In this document: in pieces, positions 13,545 through 25,100 of the stretch | Numbering within the stretch: the first letter of the stretch is position 1 | Layout of the letters: each line of letters begins with the position of its first letter | Position numbers and translations under genes: made by a program | Assembly: GCA_965112735.1 (NCBI GenBank) | Contig: OZ218954.1 | Span: forward strand, 2,108,001-2,172,000 | From: Phaeosaccion multiseriatum | Lineage: Eukaryota; Protista; Ochrophyta, other classes | Reading direction: 5' to 3' | DNA: 64,000 nt | The notes under the pieces: generated by a model | Told to the model about the DNA's origin: nothing | The model's input: the letters and a program-made list of their open reading frames with translations, nothing else | The model's database searches: none

Positions 13545-15226
13545 GTGTGTGTTGTGTGTCTGTGCGTGTGTGTGTTGTGTGTGTGTTGTGCGTGTGTGTG
13601 TGTTGTGTGTGTGTGTGTGTGTGTATGTTTGCGTGTGTGTATTCTCTCTCTCCCTGTTGTGCTGTGTATCCCATCGTTGCTCGCCCTCTCTGCTGCCGCT
13701 TTACACCCCTTGCCATCACACCAGCGAGCATCGTCGATGTGGCGTTCCAAATCCACACGGAGGTTGGGCTCACCATGGTCGGCGCCTCCGTGAACGGTGC
13801 CACGGTGGCAATGTCCTACCAACTGAAGAACGGCGACGTGGTGATCATCAACACCGATGCGGAAACGGCCAAGCCCGACCCGCAGTGGCTGAAGTTCAGT
13901 ACCAATTCATCCACGCGCTCCAAGGTACAGTCAGGACTCTTTCAACTACACGTATGCCTCTGCTTCTAACTTCTTCTAACTTTACTTGCCCTTCTCTCCC
14001 TCCTCCCTCTCCATACTTCTTCTAACTTTACTTACCCTCCTCTCCCTCCTCCCTCCCAGCTGCGTGCATTCTTCAAGACGCAGCAAAACGAGCAGCTCGT
14101 GACGGCCGGAATGATGATTGTTGATGACTTCATGCGGAAGCACAAGACCCTCATCAAGGTCAGTCAGGCAGGCAGTCAGTCATTCAGGCAGTCAGTCAGT
14201 CAGTGAGTGGGAGAGAGGGAGGGAAGGACACAGGTAGGAATCTCCCCCCCCCCCCTCCTGTTCCGCCCCTCCTGTCTGCCCGCCCTCGCCAACCGCTTCC
14301 TCGTCTGCCTCGTTGCCTCAACCCTCACACTTCCACCCCATCCCACCTCACCCCCTCGTTGCCTGAACCCTCACCCCCACCCCGTCCTACTTCACCCCTC
14401 CTACCCGCACCCACACCTCCTGTCTTTTGCCCGTAAGGTCAAGCTTGGCGTGGTGCCCTCTCGGGAGCGTTTGGCAGCCTCGGTACCCATCCGTATGTCA
14501 GTAAAGTCCTTCGAGGCGTTCTGTGTGCAACTTGGCTGCTCCGACAAGCTCGAGGTGAACCGACTCATGGCCAAGGCGCTGTCCATTCACGTCATGGATC
14601 TGCCCCTCGTCGCGACGGGGGGGGGGGAAGTTGGTGGTACATCAACCGCAGCAGCAGCAGCAGTTGGTGATACAGCAGCAGCAGGCCCAGACGACGACAA
14701 GGATGAGGGCGGAGACGGACGAGACGTGCAAGTAGTGCCGTCGAAGCCCTCGCCGCAGGCCTTGGTGCCACCAATACGCCGGCCTGTGAGGCAACCCCCC
14801 CCTGGGGTCGCTGCGGCCGCCGCCGCCGCTCGTGGCGAAACGAGGAGCCCTCTGCACCGCAGACAGCGCTGGTCTCCGCCGGAGCCTTTCCCCTCGTCCT
14901 CCCCCTCCTCATCATCCTCATCATCCTCCTCCTCCTCCTCCCCCCCGGCGCACCCATCCTCCGTGTCTTCCCCTCTGTGGTCACCACCGCCCGTGTCCAA
15001 GAGGTCGTTCGCCAAGGGTACTCGTTGGAGCAGCAGGAGGAGGAGGGTGACAAGCGGTGGGGAGCAGGTGCATGCGATGGGAGGAGGCGAGAAGTGGCGG
15101 CCGGGCATGGTCTTTGATGACGACGCTTCCGAGGACGGGCGCCGCCGCCGCAGCAGCAGCAGCAGCAAGAGTGGCAGTGGGAGGAGAAGGAGGAGCAGTG
15201 GGAGCAGCATCAGTAGCAGCAGCAGC

Positions 15227-15282
<56 letters not shown>

Positions 15283-16726
15283 CAGTGGCAAGAAGGGAGG
15301 TAAAGGCGCTAAGATTGCCGGCCTGGGTATGGGGCCTATACCGGGCATGAGGGTGGCAGCGGCCATTGCCGATCCAGAGATGGGCTGTCCATGCTGCTTG
15401 CCCGTCAAGGGAGACGAGATCGTGGGGACAAGGGAGAAGAACGGGGAAGTAGCCGTACATCGGTGAGTCGGGACGCGAGCGCGGGGGAGAGAAGCGAGGA
15501 GGGGACGAGTAAGAGGGGAGAGAATGAAAATATGGCTCTGGGCAGTAAAGAGGATGGAGGAGGAGGGACCAGAGAGAGAGAGAAGGGCGGGACGTTGTTG
15601 CTGCTGAGTGCAAGGCGAAAGGAGCAACAACTTGTTTTTCGTTTCTTTGTTCTAACCACCCTCTCCCTCTTGCTCTCCCTTCCTCCCTCTCTCCCTCCCT
15701 CCTTCGCTCCCTCCCTCTCCCCCCTCTCAGGCCCCGATGCCCCGAGGCAGAAAGGCTGATGCAGCTCCACCGCCTCTCTGCCCTCGAAGCTGTCTCCAAG
15801 AAACCGCCGCAGCGCCCCTCCCCCGTCGGAGAGCGGGTCGAACTCAAGTGGGCCGACGACTACGACGACAAGGCCCCCTCGATGGCAGTGGATGGCGCCT
15901 CCGACCGCTCCCCGGCCCCCCCCGACCACCTGTTCACTGTTGACATCAAGGTTAGGGAGGGAGGGAGGGAGGGGAGGAAGGGGAGGGGAGGAGGGGGAGG
16001 GACTGAGGGAGGGGGGGGGAGGGGGCTGGCGTGCTGTAGTAGGGTTTGTTTGGAGAAAACGTGGAAGTGCCCCATCACACACAGAGTGCGGTCCGACCCA
16101 TCAACCTTCCCTCCCTCCCTCCCTCCCTCTCCTCACAGATATTCTGCTCCGACCGCAAGTACCTGCTCAGTGACGTTGCTCGCACAGTGTCTGAGAATGC
16201 CGTCATCGTCGCCACCATGTCGAGAACACACGGCAGAGACGCCACCTTCACCTACACTGTGCTGATCAGGGACGTGACGCACGTTCAGGTGGGTTATCGT
16301 ACATGTCTTGGGCTTTGGATTGGTTGGTGGGTTGATTGGTTAGCTGGTTAGCTGGTTAGCTGGTTGGTGGGTTGGTTGGTGGGTGGGTTGGTCGGTCGGT
16401 GGGTTGGCTGTTGGTGGGTTGGTGGGTTGGTTGATTGGTTGGTTGGTGGGTTGGTTGATTGGTTGATTGGTGGGTTGGTTGATTGGTTGGTTGGTCAGGC
16501 TACTTGTCACTGAGTCCGTTTAACAGTCAGACACAGACAAGTTTTATGGACGGAGTCTGTCTGGCATGTGCGTTGCGCCTGTTATGAGCACGAAACCCAT
16601 GCACGTCGTGTGCTGCTGTATCACCAACTGCTGCTGTTGCCCCAGACATTGCTGGACGACATAATGGGCGTGGAGAACGTGATTATGTGCGAGAGGGTAT
16701 ACCATCATCGCCGCACGGGCCGCTGA
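8906..16726 (+). CDS. RSH: Long RelA/SpoT homologue (ppGpp synthetase/hydrolase; HD-SYNTH-TGS-ZFD-ACT), probably plastid-targeted
   Basis: 13 phase-consistent exons: 8906-10126, 10236-10359, 10627-10742, 11045-11224, 11614-11863, 12274-12566, 13174-13432, 13725-13924, 14060-14158, 14438-15462, 15731-15950, 16139-16288, 16646-16726 (~1405 aa). Motifs: [82 protein letters not shown]...[17 protein letters not shown] and a C-terminal ACT domain. Hydrophobic stretch followed by VTA|FQQP near the N-terminus; exact start uncertain. Confidence 0.95.
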
Positions 16727-16926
16727 AGCAAGGCGCTGAAGCAAGGCGCTGCAGCAATGCGTTAAGCAATGGGCGACAGAGGCTGGGGAGGGAGGAGAGG
16801 AGAGGGAGGAGAGGAGAGGGGGCCTTCCTTTGGGGGGCGGCAAGGGAGAGGCGAGGAGAGGGAACACGGGCCTGCCTGCCGCCTGCACGGCACTTGGCAC
16901 TTGGTGCTGAGGGAACGCGCCCCAAA

Positions 16927-17194
16927 TGGCAGAGGATGGCAGAGGATGGCAGAGGATGGCAGAGGATAGCAGAGGATAGCAGAAGATAGCAAAGGATGGC
17001 AGAGGATGGCAGTGGATGACGGAGGATGGCAGAGGATGGCAAAGGATGGCAGTGGATGGCGGAGGATAGCAAAGGATGGCAGAGGATGGCAGTGGATGAC
17101 GGAGGATGGCAGAGGATGGCAAAGGATGGCAGTGGATGGCGGAGGATGGCGGAGGATGGCAGCAGGTGACAGCTGATGGCAGCAGGGGATGGCA
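16927..17194 (+). repeat. 10-bp minisatellite (GGCAGAGGAT)n with variants, downstream of the RSH stop
   Basis: Roughly 25 tandem GGCAG[A/T]GGAT-type units seen directly. Confidence 0.95.
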
Positions 17195-17519
17195 GTGCGT
17201 GAGGCTGTCTCTCTGTCTCTCCTCAATTTTTATTCATATTCTATCATGTACAAAAGAGTTTAGAGGGGGGAGGGGGGCAAGCAAGACAGGGTTCTAGCTT
17301 TGGCCATGCCCGCAGCGCACTTCTGGCGGGCAAGCAGAGGTGTGGTAGAGGGAGGGGAGGGAACACAGCCTGCGCACCAGAACAGACCAGAGTATTGATA
17401 TAATTATATATCAATCGTACCACCGACCTATAATTATATATCACTCTTCCCCCCTTTGTGTGTCTTCTCTAGTAAATAACGTTATTTACTCTTTGTACCC
17501 TTGTGTGGCGTGCCGTATC

Positions 17520-17996
17520 GAGAAGGGGGAGGGTCGCTGGAAGGAGAGAAACGACTTTTACGGCACCTGGAGAGGCTTTCTTCTGCAGCTGGCGCCGAAC
17601 TTTAAGGTTAGGAGAGTGAGGGACGGGAGGGGAGGGAGGGAGAGGGAGGGAGGGGAGGGGAGGGAGGGAGAGGGAGGGAGGGGAGGAGGGAGGGAGAGGG
17701 AGGGAGGGGAGGTAGCGGAGGGCCCCATCCGAGCTAAGCGGCGGCTGCCATGCTCTGCTGTGCTTCGCTGTGCTTCTGCGCCCTCTCGTTGACCGTTACG
17801 CCACGCCGCGCCGCCCATAATCCCCCAGCTGATGCAGAGCAAGACGCAGGCTAGCGAGGAGCAGCACTTTCAGTGGCTCAACCTCAAGGCCTATGCGCTG
17901 CCGCACTCACCCCCTAGGCTTCTGTTGTTTTGTTGCGCTGGCCTGCTTGTGCTGCTGCTGTTGTCGTTGTTGTTGCTGCTGCTGCAAACCAATTGA
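17520..17996 (+). pseudogene. Orphan two-exon coding fragment ending in a hydrophobic C-terminal tail; no 5' end identified
   Basis: Open frame ...EKGEGRWKERNDFYGTWRGFLLQLAPNFK ends at donor AAG|GTTAGG (17606). G-rich intron, then acceptor CCCCCAG|CTG (17829) continues in frame LMQSKTQASEEQHFQWLNLKAYALPHSPPRLLLFCCAGLLVLLLLSLLLLLLQTN* (TGA 17994-17996). Confidence 0.45.
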
Positions 17997-18548
17997 GAGT
18001 TTTCTTGTGGCACGGCGTCCGCGGGCAAGAAGGAGAGGGATTGCTTAACATTGCTTTCATTCGTTCTTTACTTTTACGGATAGGTACCACCCGACGACTC
18101 AATAGCTGGTGTTCGCTTCCCGCAAAAGGTTTCAACCTCCCAAGTCCTTTCTCCTCTCTCTTTCTCTCTTCCTCCTACGCTCCAGGCTCTCTTCGTATAT
18201 ACATGAGGGCAGAGCGTCTTCCCCACACACGCACCCTTCCCCCTCCCACCCCTCCTTCCTCCATTCAAGATAAAGACTCGTATCTCATCCCCCGCCCTCC
18301 TCACTTCCCCTCCTTTTGTACAGACTTGAATGCCACACCATATACAAAAAAGTTAAAAGAGTATGAGTATTCCTTCCACACACATATACACATACTATAC
18401 ATATATATAACATACATGCATCGTATGCCAAAAAACAGCAGCAGCAGGGTATCCATTTCAAAAGAAAGCAAAAGATGGACAATACGTGCACCCCCCACAG
18501 TCAAACTCTCACACCCAGTGTTGCCATACCGGCTCCCAAAAACACTAC

Positions 18549-19369
18549 CTAGCTAGTGTCCTCCCAGCTGCTCCAATCGGGGCTGCCCTGCCCCCCCCCC
18601 CTCTGTATGTCGGCGAGCCACTCCACGATTTGGTCGTTCACAGCCCGTGGCGCCTCGTCTGTTGGGGTGGGCACAAGGCAGGCATATTGGAAAGGAGGGA
18701 AAAGGACACACGTGCTCAGTAAAGAGATGAAAAAGAAAAAGCAGGACGCCAGTAGCAAGCAATTGGTAAGCTTTTCCCCTTCTCCCCCACTTCCTTCCTT
18801 CCTCTCTCCCCCACCCACCCACCCACCCACCCACTCATTCACTCATCCTCACCCACTTCTCTCACCCACGCACGCGCTCACCCACCCCACCCTCCCACCC
18901 ACCCATTCACCATTCATCCTTCACCCACCTACCAAACCACCCACCCCACCCCACCCACCACTCGCGCACCCACCCTACCCACCCCACCCACCCACCTTGT
19001 GGGCAGTGACCAGCATCAAGGTCCACTCTCGTGGCCCTCGGGTACAGCCTTTGCACGCCCTCCGCAGTCCGCCTTGTCACCACCTTATCCCTCGCCCCCC
19101 ATAGGAGTAATAGAGGTACTTGGAGGTCGCTCACGAGAGACTCCACCGTTTGAAAGCCCAGGAACCCCCCCCCTCCCTCGCCAGTGCTGCCGTGCTGCTC
19201 CTGTTGTTGTTGTGGCCATCGTCCTCCTCCTCCTCCTCCTCCTCTGCTGCTCCTGCTGCTGCTGCTGCCATCTGTTGGTGGCTCTTGTTCCGCGGCCTCT
19301 ACTGCTGCTGGAAAGGCTGCTACCCGATCTGCAGCAGCGGCGGAAGAGGCCGTGGCCATGCTGATTACC

Positions 19370-19400
<31 letters not shown>

Positions 19401-21714
19401 GGCTGTGGTCTATGTTGTTGTTGCGTCCCAAGAGCGCTGCCACAAACATGTTACAGAGGCGGTAAAACACCTGCTCGTGTTGGTGGTTCGTATTGTTGTT
19501 GTTGTTGTGTGAAGAAGGTATCACAGACAGAGAAGGTATCAGAGACAGAGAAGGTAGATACATGGTGTCAGTCCCAAGCAAAAGCGCGTGTCTCAACCGT
19601 CGAGAGAGAGAGAGAGACGGGTGAGAGGGAGCGGCGGCGGCGGCGGTGAATACATATGTCATACGGTATAAACCTTCTGCCCGTATCCTTCCACCTTCCT
19701 TCCCTCCTCCCGGCCCATACGCCTCAGGGGAAGAGACAGAAGGATCAACCGACAGACAGACAGACATACATACATACACAGACTGACTATCTTCCTTCGT
19801 GCCCACATGTGCTCGACTGCCTGACTGCCTGGCTGACGGACTTACTGACTGTCTCATCGTTTGACCCACCCACATACCTCAACCCACCCACCCACCCACC
19901 CGCCCACCCACACGCACCCAACCCCACCCACTCACCCACCCATGCCACCAACGCCACCAACGCCACCCACTCCACCCACTCCACCCACCCACCCTCCCCA
20001 TCCACCCACCCTCGCCATCCAAACCACTCACCTGCGACGCGTGAGGGTGCTTGGCCGCATTGCAAATGTCTTCAACCAGAGCGTCGTCGACATTTGAGGG
20101 ATCAAAGTAAGCCTCCCGCAACGCCCTTCGCACCGTGCTGGGCCGCCGAGCGAATTCAAAGGTTGCCGACACGACCATCTGCCAGCAGGCGATGAGGCAG
20201 TGGCGGCTGCTGCGCTGGATGGAGGCGGCGTGGAAGGCCAGGGGCAACGGGGAAGACAGTGACAGCGATGGGGTTGCTGTGCTGCTGGTGCTGCTGGTGC
20301 AAGTGGTGGGGGCCGCCGTATCAGTCCTCGCTGCGGCTGGGAAGGAGGAGGAGGAGGAGGAGGAGGAGGTCTGGAAAAGCCGGCTGCTGCTGTGGCCGCT
20401 ATTTGATGCTCCTTCTCCTCCCCCTCCCCTGCTTCTCCCTTGCCCAGCAAGGGTGCGCCGCCCCCCCGTGCTACGTCCGCCTCTGGAAGAGAAAGGCATG
20501 GCAATGGTACTACTCGTTGAGGCCCTGGCAACGCTTCCACCACCGCTCTCCCTGCCCTCCGCTCCGAAGCGCAGGAATGCGTTGAGTAACACGCACCCAC
20601 TCACCAGCTGTGGCAGAGTACAATATGTACAGAATGAAAAAGGGGCGTTGAAAAGCAGAGAAATTAGACGGCAACGTCCGAGCCGAGCGAAAAAGAAGGA
20701 GGAGGAGGAGGAGGAGGAGGAGAAGAAGAAGAAGAAGAAGAAGAAGAAGAAGAAGAAGAAGAAGAACAACAACGAGGAGGAGAAAGACGAAAAGAAGAAC
20801 CTAAAGCACACACGCACCTCAGGGCCTGCCTGGGAGGCGGCTGCCAGAGCCGTGTACCCGCCGAGGGAGTTTCCAACCAGAATAGCCTTGTTACGTCCTC
20901 CTCCTGCCCCTGTCCCCAGCTTGTAGTCCAGGAAATCCACAACCTGGTGGGGGAGGAGAGAGTCCAGAACGAGGAGGAGGAGGAGGAGGAAGAGGAGGAG
21001 GAGGAGGAGGAGGAGGAGGAGGAGAGGAGGAGGAGGAGGAGGAGGAGGAGGAGGAGGAGGAGGAGGAGGAGAAGGAGGGCTTTAGACACAGCACCCAAGC
21101 TTCGCTGCTGCCTAACCCACGAGCGTTGTTGAGGAAGCCATCTCAGTCAACCCAAAAGCCTCCTCCGTTTCGCACAGGTTCAGCCCAGATCTCTCTCCCT
21201 CTCTCCTCTCACCAACCAATCTATGCCTTACCTGCTGCGTCCAGAGCCGAGGGTGGTAGGAGCGGAGGAGGGGCTTGTCGCTCTTGCCAAAGCCCAGGAG
21301 ATCCAGAGCATACACCTTCCTCCCCGTCCTCCGAGCAAGGGCGTTAACATTGTAGCGCCACATGAAGGACGAGGCAGCAAAGCCGTGCAGGAGGATAATG
21401 GGCGCGTGCTCCCCTCCATCTGCTGGTGCAACCGCCCTCTCCGTGTTTCCCCGTTCTTCTCCCTCCCGTCCGCGCTCCCCTGCCGTCACGTAGTGGATGT
21501 CATGGTCCCCCCACTTCCACACGCTGGACTTCAGCAGGGGAAGGCTCTCACCGCTGCCGCTGCTGCCCGTGGCAGTCCTCTTACTGCCGCCCCTCTCCTC
21601 CCCTGGCCCTCCTTTCACGACGACCTTGCGAACCGCACCTGCGCCTCCAGGGAGGTGGAAAGCGGCCCCTGGACAGATGGGGAAGAGGAGCAGGAGAACA
21701 CCAGCCCTTCTCAT
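18549..21714 (-). CDS. Alpha/beta-fold hydrolase (pheophytinase/chlorophyll dephytylase-like clade), predicted plastid-targeted
   Basis: Exons 21714-21232, 20943-20818, 20607-20032, 19470-18996, 18658-18549 (589 aa). Motifs: IILLHGFAASSFMWRYN, VYALDLLGFGKSDKP, nucleophile LVGNSLGG, LLLWGARD, AGHCPQDEAP. N-terminus MRRAGVLLLLFPICPGAA|FHLP is a signal peptide plus Phe motif. Confidence 0.9.
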
Positions 21715-22184
21715 TGTCCGGCACACCTTTCCAACCTTGTGCCCTTGTGCGGACAGTACGAAGGGGGGGGGGTGAGAGGTCTCGGAATTCAAGTTGAACG
21801 AGATTTTTTTTGAAACGGCGGGTTGCAGCAAGTAACAGATGGGCTGAAGCGGAAGCCGAAGACTCAGACGAGAGGAGTACGATAAGTACGACAGTGGAGA
21901 GGAAAACGTGCCAATCTGGCCTCCATCCCCTTCTCGTGGAGCACTCCCTGCCTGTGCTGCTCTGCTTGGAAGCTGCGCGTTCCACTTTGGAGCCAGGAGG
22001 GCAAGTAACAACCGATTTGTAAGTAAAACGTATGCCCCAGCCCTCTTGGGTGAAGCTGGCTGGTACGGGAGCGACACGGTCTCGACACCTGTTCTCCTCT
22101 TCCCCTTCCTACTCTTCGTAAAAGGCTGGCCGAATGGTGGAGGCAGCAGCAGCAGCAGCAGCGGGAGCATCAACGGTGGAAACC

Positions 22185-25100
22185 ATGGGCACTGGTCTCC
22201 GAACGCCAAGGTCCCTGGCACTGCTAGTGTTGTGTTGTGTGTGGCTCAGCCTACCGCTCAGGACGGAGGGCTACTTCTCCATTCGGGGAGGGCCTGTGGT
22301 GAAGTCGCTTCTTCCAAAGCCGCAACCGCCACAAGAGCAAGAGCAGCCGGAAGGCCTCGACACGTCATCCGGCAACCGACAAAATTTCCGTGCTGTCGCC
22401 TCGGCGCTCGGTGGCGAGGTGTGGAAAGAAGTCCTGCATCAGAAGAACCCCCTCCACCACCACCACAAGGTGGTGCAGCTGGAGAACGATGAGTCGCCGG
22501 CCTCGTCAGCAGCAGCGGCGACAGCAGCGGCAGCAGCGGCAGCAGCAGTGGCAGCAGCCGCAGCGGCAGGCGACTCGGGCCGGACCTTGGCCTCATCTCT
22601 CATCGACAACTTTCTCAATCTGGTGCTTGGATCGCAGAAGCACGACAATATGAACCTCCGGAACCGCTTCCATCACCATGACGGCCCGGATGTGCGCCTG
22701 CCCGCTCTCATCGTGGCACTGCCTCAGCAACTACAGGCAGGCCAGGTCCGATGCAGCAACTCACTCTTGCACGCCTCTGGCGTCTTGCCGACGGCCCGGC
22801 GGCGGCGAAGGAGGAGGGGGGGGCAGGGTGTGGGGGGCGGCGGCGACACGTACCTCTGTGCAGCGGCACTAGCGGCGGTGGAAGCGGCGAAAAGGGTGAC
22901 GGGCTTCCCGCAATCTGCCATCGCTTCCTCTGTTGACGGGGGGGCTGGAGGTGGACAGCAGTGGGGTGGAGGAGGCGGCGCCATCGCAGAGCATGGGCCT
23001 TACGAAGGGGAAAGGAGTGCCCTTCTGAATGACCATGAACATGGCGACGATCTGTATGAGGAGGACGACCACGACTACCACCCCTTCTCGCCGCACGCAC
23101 GAGCAGCAATCGGCTTCGAGGACTCCGTGAGGCTCGTAGGGGAGCTGGTGGTACCCAAACCTGGTGAGTGAGTGTTTTGAGGCAGAGAAGAGGGAGAGGG
23201 GGTGGTGCTTGCTTTGTCTCTCAACCACAGAGGGTTGGCTCGGTTAGGTCCTTCGAACAAGATCCATTTACACCAGCTCTCTCATATTGCACTGTAGACT
23301 TCGGCGGTGGAGCGAGGGAGCCCCCCCCCCCCTTCTTGTTTGCTTGTCACTACTGTGACCTGCTCCGACTGCCCAGAGTCCAAGAGCACCATGACCTAAA
23401 CCCCGCTCCCTCCCTTCTCTCCTTTTGCCCCCTCTTCACTCAAGGTTTCCTGAAGCTGCACAACACTCAAGAGGAGCTCAGCCCCACTGAGATTATGATC
23501 AAGAAGAATAGCTACCACGGCTTCAACCCGGAGCCGGGCGTGGACATGCTGGTCGTGTCTTCCTTTGGTGTCATGACCAGTGGAGGGCTTACCCAAGTGG
23601 ACTTGTCCTCAATTAACGTGAGTTGGGGAGGGAGGGACGGGACGGGAGGGAGGGAGGGGATGGCTGTGCGGGCTCAAGGTGTGCGTGTGTGTTTGTGATG
23701 GCTGACGAATAGAGTTTGACCTCACTCTCTCTCATCCCGTCTGCTTCCTCGCCGCTCACGCACGCTCTTACGCACACACACACATACACACACGCACACA
23801 CACACACACACACACGCATCAGGCGGATGTGAGCCGCAGCAGAAGCAGCACCGTCACAGAAGGCAACGGCGCCTGCCAGACCTCGCGAAGCGCCAACCCC
23901 GAAATGGTCTCGTTCGGAGGCAAGCTGCAGTGGCCCAACGAAGTGGAGTGGGTGGCTCCCCGCAGCCTCAAAGGCACCCCTGTGGCGGACTTCGCTTGGG
24001 CCGCCAAGGGTATATATCTAGTGGCTGACGGCTTTCTCTGCCCGGGCAAGGGCGACGGAGGCATCTACATAGGTTAGTGAGCTGACAGGCATAGGATCTG
24101 TGGCTTGTGTGCTGTATAACCAACTGCTGTGGTGAGGCAGAGGTATACTCTTTGGCGTGGGTATGTGCGTATGCGCGTGCCTGCGTGCTTGGTACTTGTG
24201 TGTCTGTGTGCGTATGGGCGTGCGTATGTGTATGTGTGTGCATATGTTTGTGTGTGCATGTGTTTGTGTGTGCATGTGTATGTGTGCGTGTGTATGTGTG
24301 TGTGTGTGTGCGTGTGACCTCTCGCTCTCCCCTTGCCTCAGCTTAAGACACACAGACAGACATGTAAAGCAAGAGATACATCACAGCAACTGATGACTGA
24401 TTCCCTCTCCCCCCGCCCCCCATGTATAGGCCACCCTGCCTCCAAAGAGCTTCACCGCCTAACGTCACTTAAGAAGGGCTGGTTCTATCACAAGGCGGTG
24501 TGGCTGGACCTCCCCGGGGGGCGCAAGGCCATCCTTACGGCCAGGGCAACCATGCCTCTCTTGGGAAAGTCGAAATCGGAGCTCGTCTTCCTCGAAATGC
24601 CCACCTCTGCTTCTACAGCTGGCACCACCACCACCACCACCACCACTGCCACCTCCAGTAGCAGCGGCAGTAGAGGAAGAGCGGTGGCGAGACTGCCTCG
24701 TATGAAGTCAAGCGCCCGCAGTGGAGGCGACAAGGTGTTGAAGGAGCAAGATCCACAGGCGTTTCTGTCCATGCCGTGGAAGGAGACGGTGCTTGTGGAG
24801 GGCCCGGATGTGATGTTTGACGTTACGGATCTGGATGCAAGGGACGACACTATTGAGGTTGGTTGTTGGTTCGGACGGCAAGAGGAAGAAGAAGAAGGAG
24901 AGAAAAGGATGGGGAGGGAGGGAGGGAGGGGGGGGGGGAGCCGGACTAACGAGAAGCACCCTTCTAATACTGTGATTTGCTCCTTCTGCTGCTGCTGCTG
25001 CTGTATCACCAACTGCTGCAGGTGTTCTGTGCGGAGTTCTTCGGAGAGCGCTTGACGCTTCGCTCGCTGCACGTGGGCAATCCCGCCAAGGGGGTGCCGC

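Noticed and set aside
8906-16726. Bacterial contamination or recent HGT of relA/spoT
   Set aside because: Twelve spliceosomal introns and a eukaryotic targeting leader; RSH genes are standard in plastid-bearing lineages.
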